Origin: an uncultured delta proteobacterium
GTDB lineage: Bacteria > Myxococcota_A > Polyangia > Fen-1088
Assembly: GCA_963737265.1 (NCBI GenBank)
Contig: CAVTRY010000006.1
Coordinates: 75,752 to 139,751, forward strand
Length of the DNA stretch: 64,000 nt
Direction of reading: 5' to 3'
Positions 19,700-29,476 of the stretch are shown here, one piece after another; positions within the stretch are counted from its first letter, which is position 1; each line of letters starts with the position of its first letter. A program made the translations under genes and the position numbers. Under the pieces are notes generated by a model. The model did no database searches. It worked only from the letters and a program-made list of their open reading frames with translations, and was not told the DNA's origin.

Positions 19700-20326
19700 T
19701 TAGCCGCCAGTGCGGGTGGCGGCCAGCATGAGGACTTGCATGGCCAGGGCTTTGTCGCCGTCGACGCGCAGGCGACCGGCCAGCAGGGCCTGCAACGGGT
19801 TCACGGCGCGCGCGGCGAGCTTTTCGCACGTTCCAGCGTCGACGATGACCGTGGTGCGCGGCCGGCCGGCCATCATGCCGGAACGGCCGAAGGCGATGTC
19901 CACGCACCAGCGCCGCCGGCGCTTGCCTTCGAGCTCGAACTTGATGCGGCCTTCGAGTCTTTGCAGCAGCTCCATTTCCTGCGCTTCCGCGCACAGCAGA
20001 TCGACCATGTCGACCGAGGCGGGCAACAGTTCGAACAAGTCGTCACTGGGGAAAATCACGGCGAGGAAGTCGGCGGCGGGCTGGCGGACCCAGATGTCGG
20101 GATCCTCGCGCCGGACGCCGATGGTCGCTTGGCATCGATTCACAAACAAGGCGCCATCGGAGACCCGCAAGTCCCATTCGCCGCCCTCCGGCCCCGAAAG
20201 GGAAAGGCGCACATAGGGCGAGGAGCCTTGGCAGGTCTTGACCGCGTCCGAAAAAACTCCCGGCAGCCACGATTCGATGATGGCAACCGCTCCCGAGCCC
20301 GCGGGAGGCCGACTTGCTCTCGGCAC
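19700..20326 (-). CDS. SCP2 sterol/lipid-binding domain protein
   Basis: C-terminal NPLQALLAGRLRVDGDKALAMQV; second SCP2-like segment GPEGGEWDLRV...PDIWV. Confidence 0.75.
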   Translation of the reverse strand: MPRASRPPAGSGAVAIIESWLPGVFSDAVKTCQGSSPYVRLSLSGPEGGEWDLRVSDGALFVNRCQATIGVRREDPDIWVRQPAADFLAVIFPSDDLFELLPASVDMVDLLCAEAQEMELLQRLEGRIKFELEGKRRRRWCVDIAFGRSGMMAGRPRTTVIVDAGTCEKLAARAVNPLQALLAGRLRVDGDKALAMQVLMLAATRTGG

Positions 20327-20328
20327 GG

Positions 20329-22441
20329 CTACTTCCTTGCTTTGGCAGGGCGCTGGTTCTTTTTGCGAGGCTCATGGCGGCGCTCCTGGCGACCGGGCTT
20401 CGACCGATCCTTGCCACGCGCGGGCTTCGCCTGCTTGTCGCGCTCGGGGCCCGCCTTGGGATCGTGCAGGCGCAATTCGATACGCCGGCGGGCGACGCTG
20501 ACCTGCAAGACCTCGACTTTTACGCGATCGCCGAGCGAAAAGGTGCGGCCGCTGCGCCGGCCGACCAGACGGCAGGCGGTGTCGTCGTAATCGTAGAAAT
20601 CGTCCGGCGAAAGATAGTCGGTACGCACCAGACCTTCGACGAATGGCTCGTCGGCCACGACGAAGACGCCGAAGGCGGTGACGCCGGAAATGGCGCCGTC
20701 CAGAATGTCGCCCACGCGATCGCGCATGAAGAAGGCGCGGTAGAGATCCACGACCTCGCGTTCGACCTCCATGGCCTTGCGCTCGCAGAACGAGGCGCTG
20801 GTGGCCGCTTGCTGGATGACCTCGCTGGTCGGCATGGGCGCATTCGCCATGGGAGTAAAGCCACCCGCGGGCTTGCCTAGACTTGCCAGGCGGCGTTTGA
20901 GCAGGCGATGCACGATCACGTCCGGGTAGCGGCGGATGGGCGAGGTGAAGTGCAGGTAGGCCGGCGACGCCAGGCCAAAGTGGCCCACGTTGACGACATC
21001 GTAGGTCGCCTGTTTGAGTGTGCGCAGGAGCAGAAACGACAGTGGCTTTTCCGCCGGATGCCCGCGCAGGCGTTTCAGGACGGCGGCCAAGCCGAGAGGG
21101 GTGGCCGCCTCGGTCGAAATCGATCTTGATGCCGTAGCGCTCGGCCAGGGCCGCGAACGTCGCGAGCTTTTCCTCGTCGGGCACGTCGTGGATGCGCCAG
21201 GCGGTGTCTTCCTTGCGATCGCGAAAGCTTTCAGCCACCGCCTCGTTGGCTGCCAGCATGAATTCCTCGATCATGGCGTAGGCGTGGCGTTCACCGGGGT
21301 CGCGCCGCGCGCGCCGCACGTCGCGCACCAAGCGAGGGTCGTCGTTGTCGAGCTCGACCACGGCCTGCGGCAGATCCAAGTCCATGGCGCCGCGTTCTTG
21401 CCGGCGCAGGCGCAGCTTGCGGGCGAGCGCATCCATCGCGCGCAGCGTGGGCAGGAAGGACTCGTAGTGCTTGCGCTTGCCGCGCACGTCGCCGGCCAGG
21501 GCAGCGGCAACGCCGGGATAGTCGAGGCGACCGTGCGAGTGAATGACTGCGGCACAGAAGTCCGTCTCGACGATAGCCAGGTTGCGGTCGTAGTCGATGC
21601 GCGCCACCATCGCCAGGCGATCTTCGCCCGGCAGCAGCGAACACAGATTCCCGGACAAAACCTCGGGCAGCATGGGAATCGCGCGATTGGGCAGATACAC
21701 GCTCACGCCGCGCGCCTGGGCTTCGTGGTCGAGGGCGGTGCCTTCGCGCAGGTAGTGCGAGACGTCGGCGACCGCGACCCACAGCCGGTGCCCGCCGCGC
21801 GGCAGGGTCTCCAAGGCCACCGCGTCGTCGAAGTCGCGCGCGGTTTCGGGATCGATGGTCGTGAAGGCAATCGTGCGCAGATCCGTTCGGTCGCGAAAGT
21901 CCGCGGGCTCGACCGCACCTGGCGCGAGCTCCGCCTCGCGCACGACGGCGGCGGGAAATTCCTCGCTGATGTCGGCACACGCCAGGGTCTTCTCGACCTC
22001 GGTGCGCGGGTCATCGGGATTGCCCAGGACCTTGAGCAGGGAAACCTCGATGGGCGCATCGGGCGTGTCGGGATAGCCGACAATCTCGGCCACCACGGAC
22101 TGGCCGGGACGCGCGCTGATACCGCCGCGCACGACCACCGGCGAGCTGATGCGTGGGTCGTCGGGCTCGAAGCGAAGCTTGTTGCCATGTCCTTCAAGCT
22201 GGCCCGTTATTTTCCCGCGTCCGCGCTCGAGAACCTTGTCGACCCGGCCCTCCAAGCCGCGGCCGCCCACCCACCACTCGACTTCGACGCGATCGCTGTC
22301 CATGGCCGAGCCGCGGTTACGCGCGCTGATGTGGATGTCTTCGGAATGATCGTCCGGAACCACGAAGCCGTAGCCGTCGGGGTGGACCTTGATCCGGCCC
22401 GCCACGATGCGCGGCGAGCGACGGTCAAAAGATGTGTTCAT
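20329..22441 (-). pseudogene. rnr: Ribonuclease R (RNB family) split by a single-base frameshift near 21112
   Basis: HPDGYGFV, TIDPETARDFDDA, IEEFMLAANEAVA in one frame; HFTSPIRRYPD and S1 domain in the other; deleting one G of GG at 21112-21113 joins them as FDEAATPLGLAAVLK. Confidence 0.88.
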
Positions 22442-22513
22442 GGTTGCCGAGCAGCATACACGGGAACCAGGGTGTCGGCCTGGGGGCGGGAGAATCGTTT
22501 GGATTCGCGCCGC

Positions 22514-23050
22514 TCACTTCTGCGCCGGGGGGGCCTCGTCCGGGTCCGCCGTGGCCAACTCGAAGATGGTACGCAACTCGGGTGTTTCCAGCGCGGGCGT
22601 CAACTGAATGTCTGGCCGAATCTGCTTGGCTTGGGTGAATCCTTGCAAAGCCATCGATTGATTGTGAAAGCCAGTCCAGTACACCGCGCCCAGATGCAAA
22701 TAGGTGCGCGCAGTGAGCTTGTCTTCGCGCAGTCCCGCCTCCCGGGCTTTCTTCAAAGCCGCAGCCAAGAGCTCCAACGCTGCGTCGAAATCCGCCGCCG
22801 CGTACTTCTCCAGCGCTTTCCTGTTAAGATCGATGATCTTCTCCCGCACATCCTTGCCCTTCTTGCCTGCCGCCCGCGCCGGGCTGGAAGACATCGCGCC
22901 CACGCCCACGCACAGCACGAGCGCGAGGGCGCGAAGCGAATGGAGCCCAGCCAGCGATGACGTCACCGTTCCGCGGACGCTTCCGGCATTCCCACTGGCT
23001 GAATTAAACGGTGGGTCACTAGGCGCTGCTAAACTGCTCGCAAAACGCAT
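22514..23050 (-). CDS. Secreted TPR-like helical protein
   Basis: Hydrophobic signal then LNRKALEKY...ARTYLHLGAVY...FTQAKQIRPDIQL; start uncertain. Confidence 0.65.
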   Translation of the reverse strand: MRFASSLAAPSDPPFNSASGNAGSVRGTVTSSLAGLHSLRALALVLCVGVGAMSSSPARAAGKKGKDVREKIIDLNRKALEKYAAADFDAALELLAAALKKAREAGLREDKLTARTYLHLGAVYWTGFHNQSMALQGFTQAKQIRPDIQLTPALETPELRTIFELATADPDEAPPAQK

Positions 23051-23252
23051 GAAATTCACCCCGTCTGAGCGGTGGGTTGTCTGTCGGCTGCCGACTCTCC
23101 ATCCTACACGTTTCAATGCTTCTAGGGAAACCGCTCATGCGCTCGCCGCACGCTCGTCCTCGCGACGCAATTGCCACCAGTCCAGCTCCCATTCTGCTGC
23201 CCTGTGGACATCGAAAGGCTCGCGGCTGCGTTGCTGGATGATCCCGCAGTAG

Positions 23253-23288
23253 CGCACAAGCCACGGGCTAGCCGCCGCGGCTTGTGCG
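23253..23288. terminator. 14-bp inverted repeat (possible terminator or REP-like hairpin)
   Basis: CGCACAAGCCACGG-N8-CCGCGGCTTGTGCG, one mismatch, in the intergenic gap downstream of the PQQ gene. Confidence 0.5.
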
Positions 23289-23392
23289 TGGCTTTGGCTC
23301 GGCTGAAAGACCTTGGCCGCCTTGGCCGCGTAGTAGGCGACGCGCAGGCTGTCCCATGGCGAGAAACCAAGACGTTCTCGATCCCGACTAGC

Positions 23393-24760
23393 CTAGGGCG
23401 TGCGCAGGGCGTACAGCTTGGCGTCGTCGGAACCCACGAAGATCGTGCCGTCGGCGGCCAAGATGGGCGAGCTGTCCACGTCGCCGCCGAGCTCGACCGA
23501 CCAGCGCAGTTTTCCATCGGACTCGACGGCGTACAGACGATCGTCCTGCGAGCCGACCAGAATGGCGCCACTGGCATCGACCAGCGCCGAAGAAAGGATG
23601 CGGTCGCCGGTGCGGAAGGACCACAGCAAGGTGCCGTCGCGGCGGATGGCGTAGAGCAGACCATCGAAGGATCCGATGTAGACGGTTCCGTCATGACCGA
23701 TGGCGGGCGAGGCGCGCACGTCGTCGCCCGTGGTGAAGGCCCACAGGAGTTGCCCCTGCGGACTTAGGGCATAGAGGCGATTGTCGTCGGATCCGATGTA
23801 GATGGTTCCGTCCTCTTCGATGGCGGGGCTCGAATCGACGTCATCGCGGGCGCGGAATTCCCAGCGTTTGCGACCATCCGAATTGATGGCATAGATGGCG
23901 TTGTCTTGGCTGCCGGCGATGACGGTGCCGTCGCCGGCCAGGGCGGGCGCACTAGTAACATGGCCGCCCGTGGCGAAACGCCAGCGCAGCGTGCCGTCGG
24001 GGTTGACGGCGTAGATGCCGTCGCCGCCAGTGTAGATGGCACCGTCCGGACCGATAGTGGGTCCGGCGTCGACGTCGCAGCGGGTGGCTTCCGGTCCGAT
24101 GCCCACCGTCTGCCGGCAATTGCCGACCCGGTACTTCCAGCGCAGCGTGCCGGTCTGGCCGTCGAGCGCGTAGAGATTGTCGTCATCCGACCCGATGTAG
24201 ACGGTACCGTCAGCGGCGATGGCGGGCGAGCTCCACACGAGATCCGTCGTCGCGAACGACCATGCCGACTTGCCGGCCTTGTCAGCCGCGTACAGCGTGC
24301 CGCTGTGACTTGCGACCATGACCAGCCCGTTAGCCGACAGCACCGGCGAGGATGTCACAGGTGCGCGGGTATCGACCGTCCACGCGATCTCGGGTTTCTT
24401 TTGCGGCAGGAGGAAGGGCGAGCGGCCACGATGCTGAGGCTCGAAGCGAAACATGCCCTGCGCCGGCGGTCCGGCCGGCACCAATGGCTGCGCGGATCCG
24501 GGCGACGAAATTGGGTGCGCGACAGGAGCTTTCTCTGCAGGCCGTTCGGGCCATACGCAATGACCGGCTTCGCATACGCGGTCGAGCTTGCAGTCCTTGT
24601 CGGATCCGCACCCGTCGGACGCCGGCGTGTGATGAGCCATGCAGGAAGGCAGAACAACGCCCAGCCAGAGTGGGATTGCCGAGCGTCGTCCTAGCGTGTA
24701 GCGCGCCAAGCGCTCCAAGGTCGGAGGTAGCTGAGAAAACTGCCCTCGGCGGTTCGGCAC
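23393..24760 (-). CDS. PQQ-like beta-propeller repeat lipoprotein with Cys-rich N-terminal module
   Basis: About 8 repeats SSPAI..DGTIYIGSDD..LYAL...G...W.F; CGSDKDCKLDRVCEAGHCV. Confidence 0.88.
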   Translation of the reverse strand: MPNRRGQFSQLPPTLERLARYTLGRRSAIPLWLGVVLPSCMAHHTPASDGCGSDKDCKLDRVCEAGHCVWPERPAEKAPVAHPISSPGSAQPLVPAGPPAQGMFRFEPQHRGRSPFLLPQKKPEIAWTVDTRAPVTSSPVLSANGLVMVASHSGTLYAADKAGKSAWSFATTDLVWSSPAIAADGTVYIGSDDDNLYALDGQTGTLRWKYRVGNCRQTVGIGPEATRCDVDAGPTIGPDGAIYTGGDGIYAVNPDGTLRWRFATGGHVTSAPALAGDGTVIAGSQDNAIYAINSDGRKRWEFRARDDVDSSPAIEEDGTIYIGSDDNRLYALSPQGQLLWAFTTGDDVRASPAIGHDGTVYIGSFDGLLYAIRRDGTLLWSFRTGDRILSSALVDASGAILVGSQDDRLYAVESDGKLRWSVELGGDVDSSPILAADGTIFVGSDDAKLYALRTP

Positions 24761-24769
24761 CGGTCGAGA

Positions 24770-25657
24770 CTAGAACAGATTGAGAACGAAGTTTACGCCT
24801 ATCGTGCCGTCGTTCTTGCTGTTGGTGAAGTCGGTGTTTTGGTAGTGGCCAAGGGTGGCCGCGGCCTCCAGGCCAACCGACGAATGATACGATTGCAGGA
24901 ATTCGAACCCCAGGGCCGCGGTCCAACCCAGCCCTGAATCGGAGTATCCGTTGCCGTAGTAGGTGGAATCGTAATAGTTCGAGTTGTTGTCCACCGACTT
25001 GGTGGCCACGCCGATCCCAGCCCGTGCATAGAGGTGGCGCGTGATGAAGACCTGGGGGCCAATGCTCCACACGCTTTGGTCGATGTTGTAGCCATCAAAA
25101 TAGGAAAAGGCACCGTCGCCGGAAAGGACGAGCGACCAGCGCGGGGAAACTCCGAAGCCGAAATGGAGGTTGTAGGCCACGCCGGTTCGGGTGGACGTGC
25201 TGCCGGAAACGGGGAAAACGCCGACCCCGCCGATGCCCAGGCCGAAACCGACAAAGAACGGACGGAAGGTCGTAGGCTCCGGGTAGTAGCCAACTGGCGC
25301 GGGCGAATAGTAATGCGGCCGATAGTACCGGGGCGGCGGAGGCGGCGGATATCCTGGAGGTCCATAGTAATCAGGGGCGTAGTACGGGCCATAACCCGGT
25401 GCTTGTTCATAACCGGGGTGGGGCGGCGGGACAGGGTAGCGATAGCCGGGCGGTGGAGCGTATTCGGGCGGCAAGTCTTGCGGCGGCGCTTGCTTTGCCT
25501 CGGACTCGGCCGCCGGCTCGGACGGGGCTTTTGCGGCGTCCGGGGGCGGAGCCGGCTGTTGCGCCAGCGCGGCACTGTGAAAAACCAACACAGATGCTCC
25601 AGCGACGGAAAAGGCGAAAAATGCCGGAAGCATGCCAGTTATCGCGGGTGACCTCAT
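24770..25657 (-). CDS. Outer-membrane beta-barrel protein with Pro/Tyr-rich N-terminal linker
   Basis: RBS AAGGAG; signal peptide; PPPGY-type repeats; amphipathic strands ending GVNFVLNLF. Confidence 0.75.
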   Translation of the reverse strand: MRSPAITGMLPAFFAFSVAGASVLVFHSAALAQQPAPPPDAAKAPSEPAAESEAKQAPPQDLPPEYAPPPGYRYPVPPPHPGYEQAPGYGPYYAPDYYGPPGYPPPPPPRYYRPHYYSPAPVGYYPEPTTFRPFFVGFGLGIGGVGVFPVSGSTSTRTGVAYNLHFGFGVSPRWSLVLSGDGAFSYFDGYNIDQSVWSIGPQVFITRHLYARAGIGVATKSVDNNSNYYDSTYYGNGYSDSGLGWTAALGFEFLQSYHSSVGLEAAATLGHYQNTDFTNSKNDGTIGVNFVLNLF

Positions 25658-25773
25658 GGTAACTCCTTGCAGTTGGTGAAAAGCATACTCCGACTTTTCA
25701 AGAACGGTGCCAGCTTTGGTTCCGGCCTTGAGCCGGCCATGCCGTGAACCAAAGCGCATCTTCAGCCCGAGCC

Positions 25774-26115
25774 CTACGGCCTGGTCGCCCGGCCCTTCGA
25801 GCGTTCGACCGGGTAGCGCTGACGGTTCCGCGCCAGTTTTTCGCGCATCGCCGTCTGCAAATCGATCCCGGTGCGGTCGCACAGCAAGAAGAGAGCGATG
25901 CCGACATCGCCAATTTCGTTGGCGATGCGCTGGCGGGCGTCGGGATCGCGCGAAAATTCATCGGCTTTGTCGCTTGGCACCCAGCGGTACTCCGCCAGAA
26001 GCTCGCCGGCTTCCGACGCCAGCAGCATGGCCAGATTCTTGGGATCGTGGAACTGGCTCCAGTCGCGTTCGGCGACGAAATGGCGCAGCTCCTCGACCAA
26101 CGATGGCGTTTCCAT
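25774..26115 (-). CDS. MazG-like nucleotide pyrophosphohydrolase (dCTPase 1-like)
   Basis: FVAERDWSQFHDPKNLAMLLASEAGELL, EIGDV, KLARNRQRYP. Confidence 0.9.
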   Translation of the reverse strand: METPSLVEELRHFVAERDWSQFHDPKNLAMLLASEAGELLAEYRWVPSDKADEFSRDPDARQRIANEIGDVGIALFLLCDRTGIDLQTAMREKLARNRQRYPVERSKGRATRP

Positions 26116-26173
26116 GGCACCGTCTATACCAGGACGCTGGTCAATCGGTAGCCGAGATGGCAAGTCTTCGCCC

Positions 26174-27103
26174 ATGAATCAGTCGAAGGGATCGCGCGGT
26201 GAATTCGACGCCTCGCCGTCCATGACCCTGGCCGCGGCGTTGCGCGAGCGCATGCCGGAACGGAGCTGGCGGCAGGTGCGCGAGCTGTGCGCGTCGGGAA
26301 AGGTGATGGTGAACGGCGACCGCGTGGTCGAACCAGCGCATCGCCTGGCGGGCGGCGAGCGCATCGCCTGGAACATGGGCACACCCGATCCGCGGCGGCT
26401 GGTCATGCGACGGGGATTTCGCATCGTGCACGAAGACGGGCACCTTGTGGTCATCGAGAAGCCCGAGGGGGTTTCGACCGTGCCCTACGAGCGCAAGGAA
26501 AGCGGCACGGCGCTGGATCTGATTCGCGAGGCGTGGCGGCGGCAAGGCAAGCGCGCCACGGTCACGCCGCTTTACATCGTTCACCGCATCGACAAGGACA
26601 CCTCGGGCCTGGTTTGCTTCGCCAAGACGAAACTTGCCGAGCGCGGCCTGCACCGCGTGTTCAAGGAACATCTCGCCGATCGCGAGTACGTCGCCGTGGC
26701 CAATGGCCAGGCGCGCCCTGGCCGCATCGAATCGCGCTTGATCGAGAACCGCGGCGACGGTCTGCGCGGCAGCACGCAGCGGACGCAGGAAGGACAACAG
26801 GCAGTCACGGAGGTCGAGGTGATCGAGCGTCTGCGGGGCGCCACCCTGTGTCGCGTGCGCTTGCAAACCGGCCGTACCCACCAAATCCGAATTCACCTAT
26901 CCGAGCAGGGAAATCCCCTGGTGGGCGAGACGGTGTACATCCGCGATCTGCTGCGCCGGGGCGGCAAGCCTATCCAGAGCGAGCGCTTGCTCCTGCACGC
27001 GGCAACTCTCGGGTTCGACCACCCGGTCACCGGCGAGCACCTCCATTTCACGGCCGAGCTGCCGCCCGAATTCATCGCTGGGGTGGAAAAGCTGCGCGAT
27101 TGA
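26174..27103 (+). CDS. RluA-family pseudouridine synthase with S4 domain
   Basis: GKVMVNG (S4), VIEKPEG, HRIDKDTSG, TGRTHQIRIH, LLHAATLGFDHP. Confidence 0.92.
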   Translation: MNQSKGSRGEFDASPSMTLAAALRERMPERSWRQVRELCASGKVMVNGDRVVEPAHRLAGGERIAWNMGTPDPRRLVMRRGFRIVHEDGHLVVIEKPEGVSTVPYERKESGTALDLIREAWRRQGKRATVTPLYIVHRIDKDTSGLVCFAKTKLAERGLHRVFKEHLADREYVAVANGQARPGRIESRLIENRGDGLRGSTQRTQEGQQAVTEVEVIERLRGATLCRVRLQTGRTHQIRIHLSEQGNPLVGETVYIRDLLRRGGKPIQSERLLLHAATLGFDHPVTGEHLHFTAELPPEFIAGVEKLRD

Positions 27104-27155
27104 AGCCTGCGACCTTAAAGCCCGTTGCAACCCACTTTTGCCCCCTCCTTGCACC

Positions 27156-28043
27156 CTACTTGCGATACGCGGGCAGGAGCACCTCTTTGACGAAGGTCTC
27201 GAAGGTCGTGGCGGTGGCCACCACGGTCCCTCCCGCCTCGGGCGCGAGCAGCCCCTGGGCGGCGCCTCGGTTCATCTCGACAAAGAGAGCCGCAAGCGAC
27301 GGCTTGAGTCCCGCCTGCTTGAGCCCTTGTTCGAGATCTTCAAGCGAAATCTGGACGTAGCGAATCGGCTTCTCGATCGCCTGCCCGATAATGGCGACGA
27401 CTTCGGCATTGGTGACGCCGCGCGGACCAATCAGGTGGATAGCGCTCTTGCCGGAAAAGTCCAGGCGTTCGAGGCGAAGAGCGGCGTAGGCGCCAATGTC
27501 GGACGAGGCAATGATGGGCATGGGAACCGCCCCGGGCATGGCGGCGCCGTAGATTCCCTGCGCCTTAATGGTGCTGAGTCCCATCAGGATGTTTTCCATG
27601 AAGAAGCCAGCGCGCAAGAAGAGCGCGGAAAGCCCAGCTATCTTTTTCAGCCGACTCTCGAAGTGGTGAAGGGCGACGATGGGACCGGTGCCTTCGGGGT
27701 GATGCGCCCCGATGCTGCTGAGGAGAACGACGTGGCGCGTGGCCGCGGCCTCGATGCCACTTGCCAGGGCTTCGGCCACGCGCGCTTGATAGGCGCGAAA
27801 ATCATCGACGGCCGTGTTGGGCGGAATCAGAACGTACGCCGCCTCCGCGCCCGCCAGGGCTTCGCGCACGAAGCGCGCATCTTCGATGTCGCCGACGCAA
27901 CCTTCGGCGCCGGCCTGGGTCAGCGCCGCCAGCTTTTCGCGCTGGCGACCGACCACGCGGACCTTCTGGCCGCTCTTGAGCAAGCGTGCCGCGGCCACAC
28001 CCCCAGTATTTCCCGAAGCTCCAAAGACGGTAATCATGGGCAA
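27156..28043 (-). CDS. NmrA-family NAD(P)-binding protein
   Basis: VFGASGNTG, LSSIGA, LRAGFFMEN; RBS AAAGGAGG. Confidence 0.88.
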   Translation of the reverse strand: MPMITVFGASGNTGGVAAARLLKSGQKVRVVGRQREKLAALTQAGAEGCVGDIEDARFVREALAGAEAAYVLIPPNTAVDDFRAYQARVAEALASGIEAAATRHVVLLSSIGAHHPEGTGPIVALHHFESRLKKIAGLSALFLRAGFFMENILMGLSTIKAQGIYGAAMPGAVPMPIIASSDIGAYAALRLERLDFSGKSAIHLIGPRGVTNAEVVAIIGQAIEKPIRYVQISLEDLEQGLKQAGLKPSLAALFVEMNRGAAQGLLAPEAGGTVVATATTFETFVKEVLLPAYRK

Positions 28044-28153
28044 TCCTCCTTTTGAAGAACAGCGAACACCCTGCCACGCAAATGAGGACTCGGCAAAGCC
28101 GGTTTTGTTGCGACGCCTATCGCTGGCGCGTGGCGATGGTTAGAGGTTAGACT

Positions 28154-29197
28154 TTGGCGGTGCGTATCGGCTTCCTCATCGGCGGCATGTCCGCCCTGCA
28201 ACCGACCTTCGCGGGAATTCACTTGGCGTGGTCGGCCCATCGCCGCGGCCATGAGGTCTGCTTCGTTTCGGCCGACGATCTGTCCTTCCTCGACGACGGC
28301 AACGTCTTCGCCGCCACCTTGCGCGTGCGCGCCGGCGACTACGCCAAGCCGTCCGACTTCCATCGCGCGCTGGTGTCTAGCGACGCCGTCCGCGAGGAAG
28401 ACTCGCTATCGGGCTTCGACATCGTGTTCATCCGCTACAACCCCCTGCGCGAGCCGCACACCACGCCCGCGTCGCCGATCCTCGACTTTTGCTGGCGCCT
28501 GCGCCTTGGCGGCACCTTCGTGATCAACGATCCCGAGGGCATGTTTCGCGCCTGGGGCCGCCTGTACCTCGCCGACCTACCCGCCGACACCCATGCGCGC
28601 ACCCTGGTGTCGCGGTCGCCCGAAAAGATCAAGGCCTTCTTGAGCGAGCTCGACGGGCACGCCGTGCTCAAGCCGCTCGCGCACGCCGGTCACGAAAAGG
28701 TATTTCGCGTGCGTCGCGGCCAGGTCAAGAACCTGAACACATTCATCACCGCCATCACCAGGGATGGCTACGCCATGGCCCAGGAATACTTGCGCGAGGC
28801 CGAGGAAGGGGAAACGCGCCTGCTGCTGCTCGGTGGCGAACCCATTCGCGTCGAGGGGCAGGTTGCGATCTACCGGCGACTGCCCGGCCTAGCCGAAGGC
28901 GAAAACGGCAAAATCGATCCGCGGCAGCGCCGCTGCAAGTTCGGCACGACCGAAGAACGGATCTGCGACCTGCTTCGCCCCAAGCTGCTGGCCGACGGTC
29001 TCTATTTCGTCAGCGTCGATCTCGCAGGGGGCAAAATCCTCGAGCTCAATGCCTTTGCGCCCGGAGGAATCCACTCGCTGCGGGAGATCTACAAAATCGA
29101 CGTGGCCGAGGCCATCATTTGCGACCTCGAACGCCGCGTGCGCCTGCGCGCGGCCTATCGCGGCACCCGCGATCCCGAAGCCGCTGGCGTCGTTTGA
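28154..29197 (+). CDS. Glutathione synthetase-like ATP-grasp protein (divergent)
   Basis: DIVFIRYNP, VINDPEG, VLKPL, MAQEYL, LYFVSVDLAG...ELNAFAPGG. Confidence 0.75.
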   Translation: MAVRIGFLIGGMSALQPTFAGIHLAWSAHRRGHEVCFVSADDLSFLDDGNVFAATLRVRAGDYAKPSDFHRALVSSDAVREEDSLSGFDIVFIRYNPLREPHTTPASPILDFCWRLRLGGTFVINDPEGMFRAWGRLYLADLPADTHARTLVSRSPEKIKAFLSELDGHAVLKPLAHAGHEKVFRVRRGQVKNLNTFITAITRDGYAMAQEYLREAEEGETRLLLLGGEPIRVEGQVAIYRRLPGLAEGENGKIDPRQRRCKFGTTEERICDLLRPKLLADGLYFVSVDLAGGKILELNAFAPGGIHSLREIYKIDVAEAIICDLERRVRLRAAYRGTRDPEAAGVV

Positions 29198-29476
29198 GCT
29201 GGCCGGTTCACGGCAATCCCGCGACAAGCGCAGCGCCGTCGCGGAAGGCGGCAGAAAAAGGCGCATTTCCAGGATGGACGCGCCACCCAGTTGGAGCGAT
29301 GAATGGTGGTCGCAAACGTCGTCGTGGTCGTGGCTCTGGCCCTGGCGACGAAGATCACTCCGGCCCCGGCCACGACCTTCTGCGCCTATCACGGGAGTAC
29401 GGGGTTCATTGGGGGTTCATTGGGCGGTAGACCTGACGCGAGAGTATGAGTAACCTTGACTGACCAGAGAATGTGA

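Noticed and set aside
21085-21125. Programmed ribosomal frameshift in rnr
   Set aside because: No slippery sequence or clear stimulatory structure; an indel is simpler
21014-22960. Long antisense ORFs (this one, also 36692-38818, 34071-35396, 47151-48443 and others)
   Set aside because: Shadow frames of real genes, expected in high-GC DNA; no recognisable motifs
25697-25712. Possible sigma54 promoter TGGCACC-GTTC-TTGAA (minus) before the beta-barrel gene
   Set aside because: The -12 GC is GA; insufficient support on sequence alone
25774-26115. MazG-like gene as part of a defence system
   Set aside because: Sits among housekeeping genes; a typical nucleotide-sanitising enzyme with no linked defence genes
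28061-28076. Possible sigma54 promoter TGGCAGG-GTGT-TCGCT (minus) before the NmrA gene
   Set aside because: Predicted start would fall inside the RBS; weak match in GC-rich DNA
29198-29476. Short ORFs and GGGGTTCATTG duplication as a precursor peptide for the ATP-grasp protein
   Set aside because: No consistent frame, RBS or graspetide-like motif
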